From Epiperipatus broadwayi (taxonomy: Eukaryota; Animalia; Onychophora): a DNA stretch of 64,000 bases. Of the stretch, positions 40,760 to 53,970 are shown piece by piece (the first letter of the stretch is position 1; each line of letters begins with the position of its first letter). Where the stretch lies: NCBI GenBank assembly GCA_028023455.1, contig JAQFVV010000003.1:16988001-17052000 (forward strand), read 5' to 3'. The translations under genes and the position numbers were made by a program. Under the pieces are notes generated by a model. That model was not told where the DNA came from. It searched no databases and saw only the letters and a list, made by a program, of their open reading frames with translations.

Positions 40760-42900
40760 AAATAGAAATCAATAAGAACAAAAGATTGTGCAAAAAATTT
40801 TGAATGACAGTTTTAAATTGGTTTTTGAATAAAAAATATGGTAAAATAATGTATTGTATTAAGAAATATAATAGAAAAATGAATATAACAAAGAAGAATA
40901 TATCGGAGAGTATGTTTGTATCTATAAAGAATATATTAATGATTCATAATAATAATTTAAAAAATAAACTTTCAAAAAAATATGATAGTAAATGGAAATG
41001 GTTGTGTTATAAGGAAGTAATGTTGAATGAAGAAATAAAAAATATTAATAAAGTAAATAATTGGAATGAAGAAGAGGATTATAATTTAGTGATTTTGATA
41101 ATGAACAGTCAAGAATTTTTAATAAAAAAGTTAAATATATTCTGTTTGTAAATAAAGATGTTCAGCAAGAAATGGGTAGTATGTCTGGAAGCAGGAAATG
41201 TAAACAAATGACTTAAGGATTGAATTACAATCAAAAGTTAATAGTATTAGAAATAAAAGTGTTAAGTATAATATAAAAAAATTGAAGAAATGTGTGTTAT
41301 AAAAAAAATTATTGCTAAAACAAGAATGGAAAAATTATTATTAACTTGTGAGGGTAAAGGTTCAAGATTAATTTTAAATGAATCAAACTATGAAAGAAAA
41401 ATATACGATGATATGAATAAACAAGATAATAAAAAGGTAAGCAAGGATCCTAGTAAAGGAATTAAAACTAGGTATAATATGAAAATTAATGAGAAGGAAT
41501 ATAAGAATTTGTATCCACCAGGATTTGAACATCTTTGTATGTTTGGAAAAGTAAAGACTCATAAAGAAAGTATGGCAATAAGAATAATTTAGATTTTAGT
41601 GATTATATACTTAAAGAGTTATGTAAAATAGTATATAGAAAAATTGTAGAGGTAATAGGATTTGGAAAATATATTAAAAATTCTGAAGAAATTATCAACA
41701 AGTTAAATAATATCATATTAAAAAAATGGAATGACAACATCATTTGTTATCAAAAAAATGTATCAAAGTGTGCCTAGAAAGAATAGTATTGATATTATTA
41801 TAGAACAATTAAAAATAAATATTTTAACAGCAATATTAATAATGGATGAGGCACTATATCTTAAATTTAAGGAAGAAATTTGGAGTAATGGTAAAGGATG
41901 GATAATGGGATGCTCACTTAGTGGAATTTTATCATCATCAGTAGTAAATAGTATTGAGGAGAGTATAATTGATAGAGTTATAAGTAATAATAAGATTAAA
42001 GAATAATACAGATATGTGGATGATATTATTGTAGGAAATAGTAGATGTATTAATAAAGTTTTTAATGAATTAAATAAAAAGTATAATATTAGAATTACAC
42101 TGGAGAAAAAAGAAAATGGGCTAAAGTATTTAGACATATGTTTAAGAAGAGGGATGATGAATGAAGTAGTAGTTGAACATTATATTAAAGATGAAAAGAC
42201 TAGAGGGTTGATAGATCCAAACTCCTATCAGCCATGTTGTAAGAAAATGAGAGTTTTAAAGGGATCTAAATTAAAGAATGACAAAATAACATTAGATAAA
42301 ACAGTGGCATATAAACAAAAATTAAAGGTGGAAAATGATTATGTAAAAATAGGTTACAAAAAGAAAGCAATAAGAAAAAATTTTGATGATAAAATAGACA
42401 GAATAAATGAGAATAATAGGAATAAGTATAGAGATAGTAAATGGATGTCTATTCTATATTCAAAAAAAATATGTAAAGGATTAATGAAAGAGAAATTGCT
42501 GAATAATGTAAAAATAGCTTGGAAAAATAATAATTCTTTAGGTAAATGGTTAAATAATGCAAGGATGATAATAGTATGATGGTCCTAACTGTAAAAAATG
42601 TATTAAAAAATATATATATATATATAGGACAGACAGGAACAACAGCAATTGAGAGAGGTAAGGAACATGACCTAGCCATTAATAGAAAAGATATGAGGTC
42701 AGGACTATAGTTGCATTATTTGGATACAGGGCATAAAATGAAATGTGAAGAAAATATAAATGTTAAAAGTTATGTGAAGTATTACTATAAGAGGATATAT
42801 TATGAAACATATTCAAGAAAACTTGAACAAATGTGTAAGTGTAGTAAAAGGTCCAGCAAAATTAGGAGGAAAATGAGCTTTATTAAATAGTTGGAAAATG
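40760..42900 (+). mobile_element. Penelope-like element copy B (N-terminal region, RT, GIY-YIG)
   Basis: GKGWIMGCSLSGILS, RYVDDIIVG, ITLEKKENGLKYLDI, and YIGQTGTTAIERGKEH; colinear with copy A. Confidence 0.88.
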
Positions 42901-43047
42901 TAGAAAGTGATTGTAAATATGTAAATAACATTTTTAAAATATAAAAGATATAAAATATAATTATTATTTTTGAAAAAAATTGTAAAAAATTTTCATTGAA
43001 TTATAGGTATAAATTTTTTTTAATTTTAATTTATTTAATTGAATATT

Positions 43048-43544
43048 CCTTAAATAAGGCTATAATCTTAATACATATGCATTGAGTGCTTAATTTATTA
43101 CAAGAGAGACCTCTACAAATCTAAACACAAGATTAGACTTTATAAAGATGAGAACGGCCACACACTTATCTTCAACCTATTTTTCTAAATATATAGGCAA
43201 ATATAAAGCATTTTGATTTGGGAGCATGAAGCTAATAAATTCTTTACTGATTAAGTCCACTATTTCTGTTAAACATTAACGATCACAAAATCTTTTGATT
43301 TACAATGAGTCATTAGTCAGATCTTAAATTTAGAAATATTTTAAATCAATTTAATGTTGTAAATATTAATTCTTATTAAATGCAATGTTAGCATGTAATC
43401 CTTAAGTGCTTAATTTATTACAAGAGAGACCTCTACAAATCTTGTGTTTAGATTTGTAGACGTCTCTCCACTCAAGGTGCATATATTAAGGTTACAAGCC
43501 TTATTTAAAAATTACATGCTGACATTGCACTTAATAAGAATTAA
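43048..43544. mobile_element. Tandem + inverted insertion of a ~350-bp unit
   Basis: The unit restarts at 43400, and the inverted arm runs from ~43438. The direct repeat tatttaattgaatatt lies at 43032-43047 and 43545-43560. The empty site is in copy A at ~38180. Confidence 0.85.
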
Positions 43545-43659
43545 TATTTAATTGAATATTGTAAATTCTATATATATATATAAGATGTAAAATATGTTAA
43601 ATTTATTTGTTTGTTTGATTATAATATATAAGTATGATTTAAAAAAGTGCAATTTATTA

Positions 43660-46600
43660 TAAATAATGTCCAGTAGATGAAGCAGAAATGATTAATTAGT
43701 TATTCCTTTATAATAGAAATGGTAAAAGTAGAAAGGATAGTGAAAGATGTGGATGAAGAATGAATGATAAGAATAAGTTAGAAGAATATAAAATAAAAGT
43801 AGAAGAAATCATGGAAGATTTTGTTGGGGATGAATATAAGGACTAGTGTGGTGAAGTAGAAAAAGTGGCAAATAGAGTTTTAGATGAGACTATTCAGAAG
43901 AATAAAAGTAATACAAAAGTGAGAATTAATAAAAGTGTAAAAAAGAAGAAAAAAAGTATGCAGAGAATATAAATGTGCTATTAAACACAAAGAAAGTGAA
44001 AAAGATGTTAAATATTAATTGGAAAAATATTTTTTAAAAAAGTTGGCTAAAATCGATAATTGTAGAGACTCTAATTAAATAGTAAATTATTGTAGGATAT
44101 TAATAAAAGTGGAAATGATGAATTAAACATTTTTTGGAAATATATTAAAAGAAGGAATCATCAAATTGGAAAATAATAAATATCTTTATGCTGTTCTTCC
44201 ATTAAGATAACAATCAGAAAATAATAAATTCTTACAACAGCTATATAAATATCAATTTTTTTATACATATAAGAAACCTTTTTTCAGCACCTAATTTGGT
44301 GAGTTCATTAACGTAATAGATTATTAGCATTTGAAAAGGGCACCAAATCAGGTGCTGAAAAAAGGCTTTTTATGTGTATAAAAAAATTGATATTTATATA
44401 GCTGTTGTAAGAATTTATTATTTTCTGATTATTATTATAAAAGAAGGAATGTAGGGGAAAGAGAAATAGTATTACTAATGATAAGGAAAAAGTGTATAGC
44501 TTTTAAGAAAATTAGAGACAATCTTAAATAAGTATATAATGGATATAGAAAAGATGTTAGATGTGAAGAACAGAGTAGTAACAAACATAAAAGCATACAG
44601 TAATGGAAATATTAGGTTTACAGAAAATAAATTGAATGAGGCAAGGAAGAAATTAAAATGTGGAAAGGCAAGAAAGTTAGATGGATGTGCAGCAGAGATG
44701 TTGATGAATTTAGGAAATAGGACAAAATTAATTCTATTATCATGTTTTAATAAGATGGCACAGAAGAGAGAATTTCCAGATAGCTGTAGTAATACAAGAT
44801 TAAGACTATTATTTAAAGGAAATGGTAAGAATAAAGCTTTTGCATATATGATGGTTAGAAGGGTGGCAAAATGTATGGAAGAAAATACTATAATGGGAGA
44901 AATTCAAGAAGATTTTTAATCATATAGTTATATAGGAGATAGTTTATTTATAATCACACAAATTATAGATATGAGTAAAAATACAGGTAGATAGTTATAT
45001 ATAATCTTTATAGATATAGAGAAGGCATATGTTAGAGTAAATAAAAATTTGTTATGGGTAAGTTTAGTATATTTGTGAATGAATGGAGCTTTAGTAGATC
45101 GATTAAGAAATTGTATGAAAATAATTACTATCCATATCAATTAGGAAATATAGAATCAGTTAGAGTTAAAAATGGAGTGAGACTAAGGACAGGATGCCCT
45201 ATGTCACCTAGTTTGTTTTTGTTATATTTGAGAGAAATGGATAGAGCAATAGAAAGACTAGGAACATAGGTAAACATACCATTAATATATGACAAGGAAG
45301 TGTATATATTGTCAGGTTTTTTATTTGCTGATGATATTTTCTTGTGCACAGAATGTAGGGAAGATATGGAAGTTATAATATGTTCACAAGGATGGGTAAA
45401 GAGATGGCATTTAATTTAGTGAAATAAAATTAAAAGTAATAATGATAAATACTGGAAGAAGAGAAGAGAAAAGAATTTTTAATGGGAGATATAAAGTTAG
45501 ACATGGTCAATAAGTATAACTATTTGGGAATTGTCTTAAGTAATCAGAGAAATTGCTTGGATGAATGGAAGAAAAAATTGATAAATAAAGCAAAGAAAAG
45601 AAAGGGACTGATAAAGAAATTAACAGTCTTTTCATATAATAAATATATTGTAGCAAGAATTGTATGAAAGGGAATGGCAGTATCAGGGTTAACATATGGT
45701 AACAATGCATTATATGATAGTAAGGGAGTGTTATGTTACTTTAAGTACAAATAGAAGTAGAAAGACATGCATTACATGCAGATTTGTGGATAGAAAAAGA
45801 GGCAATTCAAGGAGAAATGAGATGGTCAAGTTTTTATATGAGAGATGCAAAAAGCAAAATGAAAATATTTGGTAGATTGCAATTTATATATAATAAGAGA
45901 ATAACACAAATAGTATTTCATTGGGTTATGAGTAAAGAACAGGCAACAAGATGGGTATAAAGGTAATACAATATGATGAAGATATGGATAAAGACTTTAT
46001 ATTAGCATACTTATACAAAAGGTGGGTTGATAGTGTTAGGAAAATTGTTGAGTGTTATAATGGCAAGGAATTGGATAGAATAGATGCAACAATAAAAAAC
46101 TAAGGAGCTGGAGAGGTGGAGAACTAGTATGGAGAGTAAAAGAAGTTTAAATATATATAGAAGTAAACAGAATATTGGGTGTGAGTTAATTTATGATAAT
46201 AGGAAAAAAGTAGTTTACTGTTTAAAGCTCCAACAGGATCATTAGCAACAAGGGAATATATACATAAATGGAGAAAAGTGGGTGATTTAGTCTGCAAGTT
46301 ATATAAGGAAGGCTTGGAAAATATTAGGCATCTGTTAATTGAATGTAAATGCTTACAAGCAGAAACAGCACAAACAATAAAGTCATGGGAGAATAAATGT
46401 AAAAAAGTGATGATATAGAAAGTGGTTTCTTGGTTTTTATGTGGGGTTTGGAAAAAATAAGGTAGATTTAGATATAAAGGACATAGTATGGATAAAGATA
46501 ATTTTGTGGACATGGGATAGAGCAGGATAGAGAAAAAAATTGGGGAAAAACTTAGGGTGGAGAATGGAAAGATGATAAGGTGACTAACAGATTTCTCTGT

Positions 46601-46660
46601 GCATAGTGGCTGAGAGATCCTGACTTTGAAAAGGGAGAAGCTATAGTACATCACATTGCA
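43660..46660 (+). mobile_element. 5'-truncated LINE copy B
   Basis: Colinear with copy A; GCPMSPSLF, SGFLFADDI, and KAPTGSLATREY...HLLIECKCL. Confidence 0.85.
44159..44437. mobile_element. 279-bp foldback insertion
   Basis: Arms 44212-44301 and 44341-44430. The direct repeat taaaagaaggaat lies at 44146-44158 and 44438-44450. The empty site is in LINE copy A at ~38645. Confidence 0.88.
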
Positions 46661-46830
46661 AATGAATTGTATAGAATAATATCTTGAGAAAGTCTTAATG
46701 GAGATGAAAGCCAGTTCGATAAATATTATAATATATATTATTAATAGTTGTTTATTTCAATCTTATTTTGATTGATTATTTATTTAGCATTTAATATGTT
46801 TAAAAAATAGTGTTCCCAAGAATAAATTAT

Positions 46831-46832
<2 letters not shown>

Positions 46833-46866
<34 letters not shown>
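46833..46866. repeat. (AAT)n microsatellite
   Basis: Seen directly. Confidence 0.9.
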
Positions 46867-47299
46867 TCAACAACACCACAGTAAACTTTTGACTTGACAC
46901 CATGTTTGTTCTAAGAGTTCCTGCTTCAAATCCTAAGAATTTCCATATTATTTTTTAATAAATCTCAAACCATTGCAAAGATTGAACTTGACCTAATTAG
47001 ATACCTCTCTATTTATATAAAAATTCCAGCGTGTACAAATAAATAATTCGTAAAAATAAATATTTGATTAGCAAAGCAAATTTTTGTTATGCTAGATAAC
47101 AAGAAAACATTTCTGGTTTTAAATCCCTCCAAAAGCCACTCAAAATCTGCAATATTTCAGGTAAATTTAACATATATTGAAATAATGAACAACAATTATC
47201 TATAGATAATTTTGAATTTATACAAATTTTTTCTTAAAAAAAAATGACGTTATTGAATCATAAAAATCAATAAAAATGGCTGTCATACAGCCACACGAC

Positions 47300-47900
47300 C
47301 AAAATCTATTCCACCATGTTTTCAGTTTTAGTTCATAAAAAAACTTATGCCAGTATCACAAAAAACAATTTCAATACCAAAAATAACTAGCATATTTTAA
47401 GTCCATTTATGATAAGCTAATTTTATGTTTCTGGACAACCAATGCAAAAGTCATTAAAAACTTAGATTTAAAAATATAAGATGGTACTTTCCCTCCCATG
47501 ATGTGGATTCCTGCAATGTTGATAAACTTCTGTCAAAACTTTATTAATACCATGTGACAGGGACTATTGTCATCATTTAAAACTTCCCCAAACCCATCAT
47601 TAGATAAGACACAGACACCAACTGCTCTCTATATTGCTTTCATCACACTCCATGCAATTTCAACCTGATCAAATGCCTACCAATGCATAAATTCATAGTT
47701 AAAATATCACATCAATGTAAACTCTGGAATAAATACTGCACTACTTTAGAATAACATGATCCAAAGAAGTTTGTGTATCAGTCCACCAACTTATCTCAAA
47801 TGAACTTTAAATGTGCAACACATGGACAATAACACTTAGTGCTTTCTAACAAATAAGAATAATTTATGTACAGCTATATACAAATGTATCATTAAATCCA
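47300..47900 (-). pseudogene. Degenerate LINE RT fragment
   Basis: Minus-strand AFDQV...WSVMKAI and MVFNKVLTEV resemble RT domains 3-4. Confidence 0.35.
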
Positions 47901-48487
47901 CATTCCATCCCCTACTAGCATAATATATTAACAAATATCTTCATGTACTTTCATGTATTTATCTCATACTACTTTTAAAAATATCTATGTAAACCTAATT
48001 GGAAATATATATTCTGTTATGAACAATTGTTCATCTTCCTGTAAAAATCACATTTTCTTTTTCATAAGCAAAATTATAAACCCTCATGACATATGTAATC
48101 ACATGCATCAACATGTAATTTATGTAACACATGAACAGTAAGACTTAACTACGAAAACTATAATACTCACCACCAAATAAGCATACTCTATGTATAACCA
48201 CATACCAATCTAGCATTACTCCAAACCCTCCCCGTATATGTCTTCACTCATGCTATCATGTGCTTCTATGTATTTTTTTCAATATTGCATTTAAAATTCT
48301 ATGTAAATCTAATTTGTTACACCTATCTTATTATGTAACAGTTATTTTTTTTTCAATTACTATAAATCATGTTTATTTTCTATCACAATCAAGACTCATG
48401 CATTAACTTGTATCTAAGAAGTCATATTTTCACAAGTTACTTATGTAACCCTTTTTGAGTCTTAAAAAGATTAAATTTTGAAACATA

Positions 48488-48606
48488 ATAACAACAACAA
48501 CAATAATAATAATAGTAGTAGTAGAAATAGTAGTATTAGTAGTAGTAGTAGTAGTAGCAGTAATGGCAGCAGTAGCAGTATCATTAGTAATAGTAGTAAT
48601 AATAGT
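48488..48606. repeat. Compound (AAC)/(AAT)/(AGT)n microsatellite
   Basis: Seen directly. Confidence 0.9.
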
Positions 48607-48850
48607 TAATGTTATTTGTGTATTTCATAAAATAATGTTTTCTCTAGGAGGGTCAAGAGGATGCTAATGTTAAATTGTTTAGGAATAATGTTTATAGATA
48701 TTTTATAAATTTTATTTAGATTAATAATTGTTCTTTTTTGTATTATTATAATGTATGAGGTAATGCAAATTATGAAAAAATCCAAAATAATAGTATAAAT
48801 TTAGATTTTGTGAAATCTTTGCTAGTGCTTCTTGAAATGAGAGTGTTTTC

Positions 48851-48945
48851 TGATGCTAAGTATAATGCATTCACAGCTGACTCAGATATGCTAAGCACAA
48901 TGCATTCAAACTGATTAAGATGCTAAATATAATGCATTCAATGCT
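48851..48945. repeat. ~33-bp tandem repeat x3
   Basis: gatgctaagtataatgcattca recurs three times. Confidence 0.7.
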
Positions 48946-49634
48946 ATTTTTAATAGAATAAGAGCTGACTTCAAGTCTAATTTTGGGACATTAAGTAGAA
49001 AGTTTGATGATTTTATGTCTCACATATATACTATATTTGAGGGATGGAGAGCTGAATTTTAAAATAGATTCTGTTGCTAGACATGATCAAGGAATTTAAA
49101 AGTGATTTAGATGATAATGATAGTGAATGTAAAGCTGATTGTAATGATTTTATAAATGATTTAGATAAGGTGAAAATTTAAATAAAAGAAATTTCAAATT
49201 AACAGCAATGCTGCTATCATAACACCAGTAACATAAAATTTAATAAAATGACTTTTATTATATTTTTATTGCACTTTTATACTCTTATATCATCATGATA
49301 ACAATAATATGCATGTGTGTATTTTTATAGATTTCTGATGATGTAGATATTTATTAGAAAAGTACAGATTAAGTGACTAAAAATTAAAATAATATTTATT
49401 GACACTAATAAACATAATAAAATCATCCAGTTAATTTACCAAAAATTAAGTTATAATTTTCCAAATTGAAAAATAAATTTGTAAGTTACAATATAAATAG
49501 TAGTAATAAAAATGCCTAAATCAAAAATTTAAATATGATTTGCTATGGATTCCTTAAAATCTCACATTTAATACTCTCATTTTCAGTTATATAATTCCCT
49601 ATAAGAAATATTTAATACAATAATTGTAAATAAA

Positions 49635-49835
49635 ATAAAGCTTATTGACCTTTGGAGATTGATGAATTTGGAAGAAAATATATACATTTGAGTTGTATAA
49701 ACAATTATAAATTTAATACTAAAATATTTGATCAGATGGGCATATCAACAATATCAACCCATCAAAATCACATTGATATTATCAAGAGTGCAAGTAAAGG
49801 CATAGTTGGAATCATGCATACCCTTTGAAATATTT
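49635..49835 (+). pseudogene. Possible L1/Tx1-type AP-endonuclease remnant
   Basis: LIDLWRLMNLEENIY resembles the APE L.D.WR..N....YT motif; the rest is frameshifted. Confidence 0.35.
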
Positions 49836-50703
49836 CAAAATAGCCAGTATAAAGATGTGGTTGGCATCACACATGACTTTAATAAAATAACATGGGCAAA
49901 AATAAAGACATGCTAGGTATCACACATGACCTTAATAAAATATCATTTAGATAAATATCAAGAGATTAAAAAGCAAGGCAAAGATGAGATGATGGAATAA
50001 CTTATGCAAGAAAGCAATAAAGATTAGGACCTTGTCTCTAATCTTGAAATCCAAGAATAAACCATCAAAAAGAGGAGGTTGCTAAGTAAAGTATTATATG
50101 CTAAATATTATTTAAAACCTAACAAAAGGTCATTGGAATGATGAAACAAACTGTAAAATAAAGATGGCACTGCTAACTCCTATGATAACATCAAATAAAT
50201 GATGTGTAAAACTGATAAAATGTGACAATAATAGCAAAATAGGTAGTTTTGGATTTTATAAGCTATGAAGTATTACACTTAGCATGTTTCTTGCCGATAA
50301 GATTTCATCAAAGATTAGATATATATTGTCATGGCAACTAAGACACTGGCATGACTAATCTATGGAAACGTTATTTTTTATCATACTGATCTGCATGGTG
50401 ACCCATGAGATTTAAGTCGAGAGAGTATGTTAAATTTTTTCATTCTGTCTTTTGTAAGTATGCCGTTCACGGAGTCAGTACATACATTTTTTTGTGCTTT
50501 TTTAGACTTTTGTATTGAGATTTTCCAGAGATTTTTTTGATGTAAGTTGCTTTAAATTAATTTTTAAGTTAATGTCTTATATATATATTTGACAGTACCT
50601 ATTATAATATTTTTTGGTTTTTTAGAGAAATTATTTTTGTTTTTGTACTAATGTTTGCAGTTTTGCTTTAAATTAATTTTTAGGTTAATGTCTTATATAT
50701 ATA

Positions 50704-51615
50704 TATTAGACATGTTCTTTTTAATATTCTTGCTATGCCTACCGGATTTTGTACTACTATTTTGGCTGTTTTTACCAGTTGGCCTCTTTAGTATTATTCT
50801 TGCTATTAGATGTCCTCTTTCATATTATTCTTGCTATTAGATGTCCTCTTTCGTATTATTCTTGCTATTAGATGTCCTTTTTCATATTATTCTTGCTATT
50901 AGGTGTCCTCTTTCATATTATTCTTGCTATTAGATGACCTCTTTCATATTATCTTTGCTATTAGATGTCCTCTTTCATATTATTCTTGCTATTAGATGTC
51001 CTCTTTAGTATTATCTTTGCTATTAGATGACCTCTTTCATATTATTCTTGCTATTAGATGACCTCTTTCATATTATTCTTGCTATTAGATGTCCTCTTTC
51101 ATATTATTGTTGCTATTAGATGTCCTCTTTCATATTAGTCTTGCTATTAGATGCCCTCTTTCATATTATTTTTGCTATGTCTACCGGATTTTGTACTACT
51201 ATTTTTACCGGATTATTCTTGCTATTAGATGTCCTCTTTCGTATTATTCTTGCTATATGTCCTCTTTCATATTATTCTTGCTATTAGATGACCTCTTTTG
51301 TATTATTCTTGCTATTAGATGTCCTCTTTCGTATTATTCTTGCTATTAGATGTCCTCTTTCGTATTATTCTTGCTATTAGATGACCTCTTTCATATTATT
51401 TTTGCTATGCCTACCGGATTTGTACTACTATTTTTACCAGTTGGCCTCTTTAGTATTATTCTTGCTATTAGATGTTCTCTTTCATATTATTCTTGCTATA
51501 TGTCCTCTTTCCTATTATTCTTGCTATTAGATGACCTCTTTTGTATTATTCTTGCTATTAGATGTCCTCTTTCATATTATTCTTGCTATTAGATGTCCTT
51601 TTTACTTTTATTATT
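50704..51615. repeat. 31-bp minisatellite with an interspersed variant unit
   Basis: The unit TTGCTATTAGATGTCCTCTTTCATATTATTC has period 31. The variant gctatgcctaccggattttgtactactattttt recurs at ~50732, 51175 and 51405. Confidence 0.95.
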
Positions 51616-51747
51616 GCTATTACATTTTATTGTTATTACATTTGCTATATTTTTATTTTTATTTTTTCAGAAACAACAAAAATGGCATCCGATTTCTACA
51701 AGATGGCTTGCTTTTTTATCCGATTTCTACAAGATGGCTTGTGATGT

Positions 51748-51903
51748 ATTACCACAAAGACTTACTACTCTAATCTTTCGATCTTTAACGTAATGTCTCC
51801 ACATGATTTCTGAACACATTTCATCGATTGACATTGTCTGGAAATCACTAGGAGACATTATCTTAAAGATCGGAAGATTAGAGTAGTACGTCTTTATGGT
51901 AAT
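51748..51903. repeat. ~155-bp inverted repeat (hairpin)
   Basis: Arms attaccacaaagac...gatttctgaaca and tgtctggaaatc...gtctttatggtaat. Confidence 0.85.
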
Positions 51904-53552
51904 ATGTCATAGCAAGAAAAATACTAAAGTACCTTTATAACTGAGCATATAAATTTCTGGCAAAACAATTTAATAATAAAATATACATCAGCTTGATGAG
52001 TTCTTCCATACATTTATTCACATTCCAAATAAACAAATATAATACTTTCTAAAATATTTCATATAACTAATATTCTGAGAACATAATGTGAGTACATATT
52101 TTATAATTATATATAAAGAATACATAGAAAGATAATGAACATAATGCATGTACAAATAACCTTAACACTAAATCTTTCTACCTATTTTACCAACTTAAAA
52201 ATAACCATCCTTCCATCTTGACTTTCAATAATATCCATTAAACAGGATACAGTAACATAAAGGATTCTTTGGCATTATGAAGATTTATCAGGATTTCTGG
52301 CCCCTATTGAAAATTAATATTGATAAGCTGGCAAATAAAAAATGAAGTAAGCCGAATTTTAAATACTGACATAACTAAAATAGCCATTCTCAGTATTTAA
52401 TGACTTTATGATAGCAATTGAAATAAAACAATAAAGAGATTATTATAAGCATTGCCTATATTTTTAAATGTAGCATGTTGAATAATATTTAACAGTGTAG
52501 ACAATTTAAACAGCATATTTGCTAAATCTGTGTGTATATTTATGTATACACAAGAGACATATTATTAGTCAAATAATAATTATAATTGAAAACTAAATGG
52601 ATTTCTAATTGTGTGTGTATATTTATATATACACAAAATAAATGTTATAAATGATATAACGGTAAACTAAATGTATGTGCGTGGATACCAATGGCATTCA
52701 CAATATTTTATAGAAGCATTAGACTAATTAAATAGTTGAATTAATGAAAAACTATAAACTAACTTATCAAGAAAGTTAGATGAATGCAAACAAAGGATTA
52801 AGATAATGCAATCAAAGCTATTGCTTAAAATAGACAATTCTAAGGTAATTGCATTATCTGATCAGGGATCGAATAGTGTAACTAAAGAGATGACCACCAC
52901 ATGGACAGTGGATGGCCAATCAAAGGAGTCTACTCTAAAAACAATGAGAAAGAAAAAACAGATCTAGAATAGAACTGAGACGAGACACTTGCTAAGTGAA
53001 GCTCTTGAAAGGCAGATGTGACATTTCCTCGGGTGCCGCAGTCGGCTCCCTCCTTCACTTAGTCTTGCAAAGAAGTTTACCTCTGGACGTTCAAAAGTAA
53101 ACTTAGGAACTGTAAACAGATTGTATTGATCTTATTATTATTTTGTTATGTCTTTGGGCCCTTATTGTTATTTATATAGTGTGGGTATTTAATCATCATA
53201 TATGTATATTTTAAACAAAATTGATTATCTTCGTATAACTCTGTAAATAAATCCTTGTTACTTAAATGTACTTGCCGAGCTGCCTCATTAATTAACAATT
53301 ATTTATGTTATTTATATTTGCAATCCAGCAGGCAATAGAGTGCCGCTGGATACAACAATATTAAATAAATGATAATATAGACAATTTAAATATTGCATTG
53401 AATAAATAATCCACATTGTAAATATTTAATAGAATATGAATAAATAATATACAATGTAGATATTTCCAAATTGTAAATATTTAATAGAATATGAATAAAT
53501 AATATACATTGTAGATATTTAATAGCATATTGAATAAATAATATTTCCTTTT

Positions 53553-53970
53553 AAATTGAAAGGCTGAAAACCTCTCACATGCGCTTTTAGAATGCTTATA
53601 TGACAGCCAATCACAACACAAAACAGAGATTTTATAAGAAAAATGTGGTTCGACACTTCTCTTTACTTAAATTTCTATTTATATAAGCCAGTCTGAAGCA
53701 TTTTGACTTAAGAGCATGAAGCTTTAAACATCCTCACATTTACTCAACAACAACGTGAACATTTACTACAAGCATTTTCAGATCTTATGAATTGACAGTA
53801 ACATATGTAAATATTATTTATTAAGCCCAAGCAGTTAGTAATTAAATTGAAAAGTTGAAAACCTCTCACATGCGCTTTTAGAATACTTGTGATTGGTTTT
53901 CATACAAGCATTCTAAAAGCGCATATGAGAGGTTTTCAGCCTTTCAATTTAATTATTAACTGCTTGGCTT
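53553..53970. mobile_element. Tandem + inverted insertion of a 291-bp unit
   Basis: The unit restarts at 53843, and the inverted arm runs from 53886. The direct repeat aataaataatatttcctttt lies at 53533-53552 and 53971-53990. Confidence 0.9.

Noticed and set aside
50704-51615. CRISPR-like array, and the ORFs listed at 50655-51793
   Set aside because: The units are adjacent with no unique spacers, the context is eukaryotic with no cas genes, and the ORFs are by-products of a 31-bp (non-triplet) repeat.
52620-53357. Solo LTR (tgtt...aaca)
   Set aside because: No TSD and no second copy; boundaries are unsupported.
53755-53795. Degenerate hammerhead in the 291/350-bp family (minus ctgaaaa-tgc-tt-gta-gtaaa-tgttc)
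   Set aside because: Too many core changes and no stem I. The orientation fits the polarity rule but it cannot be called.
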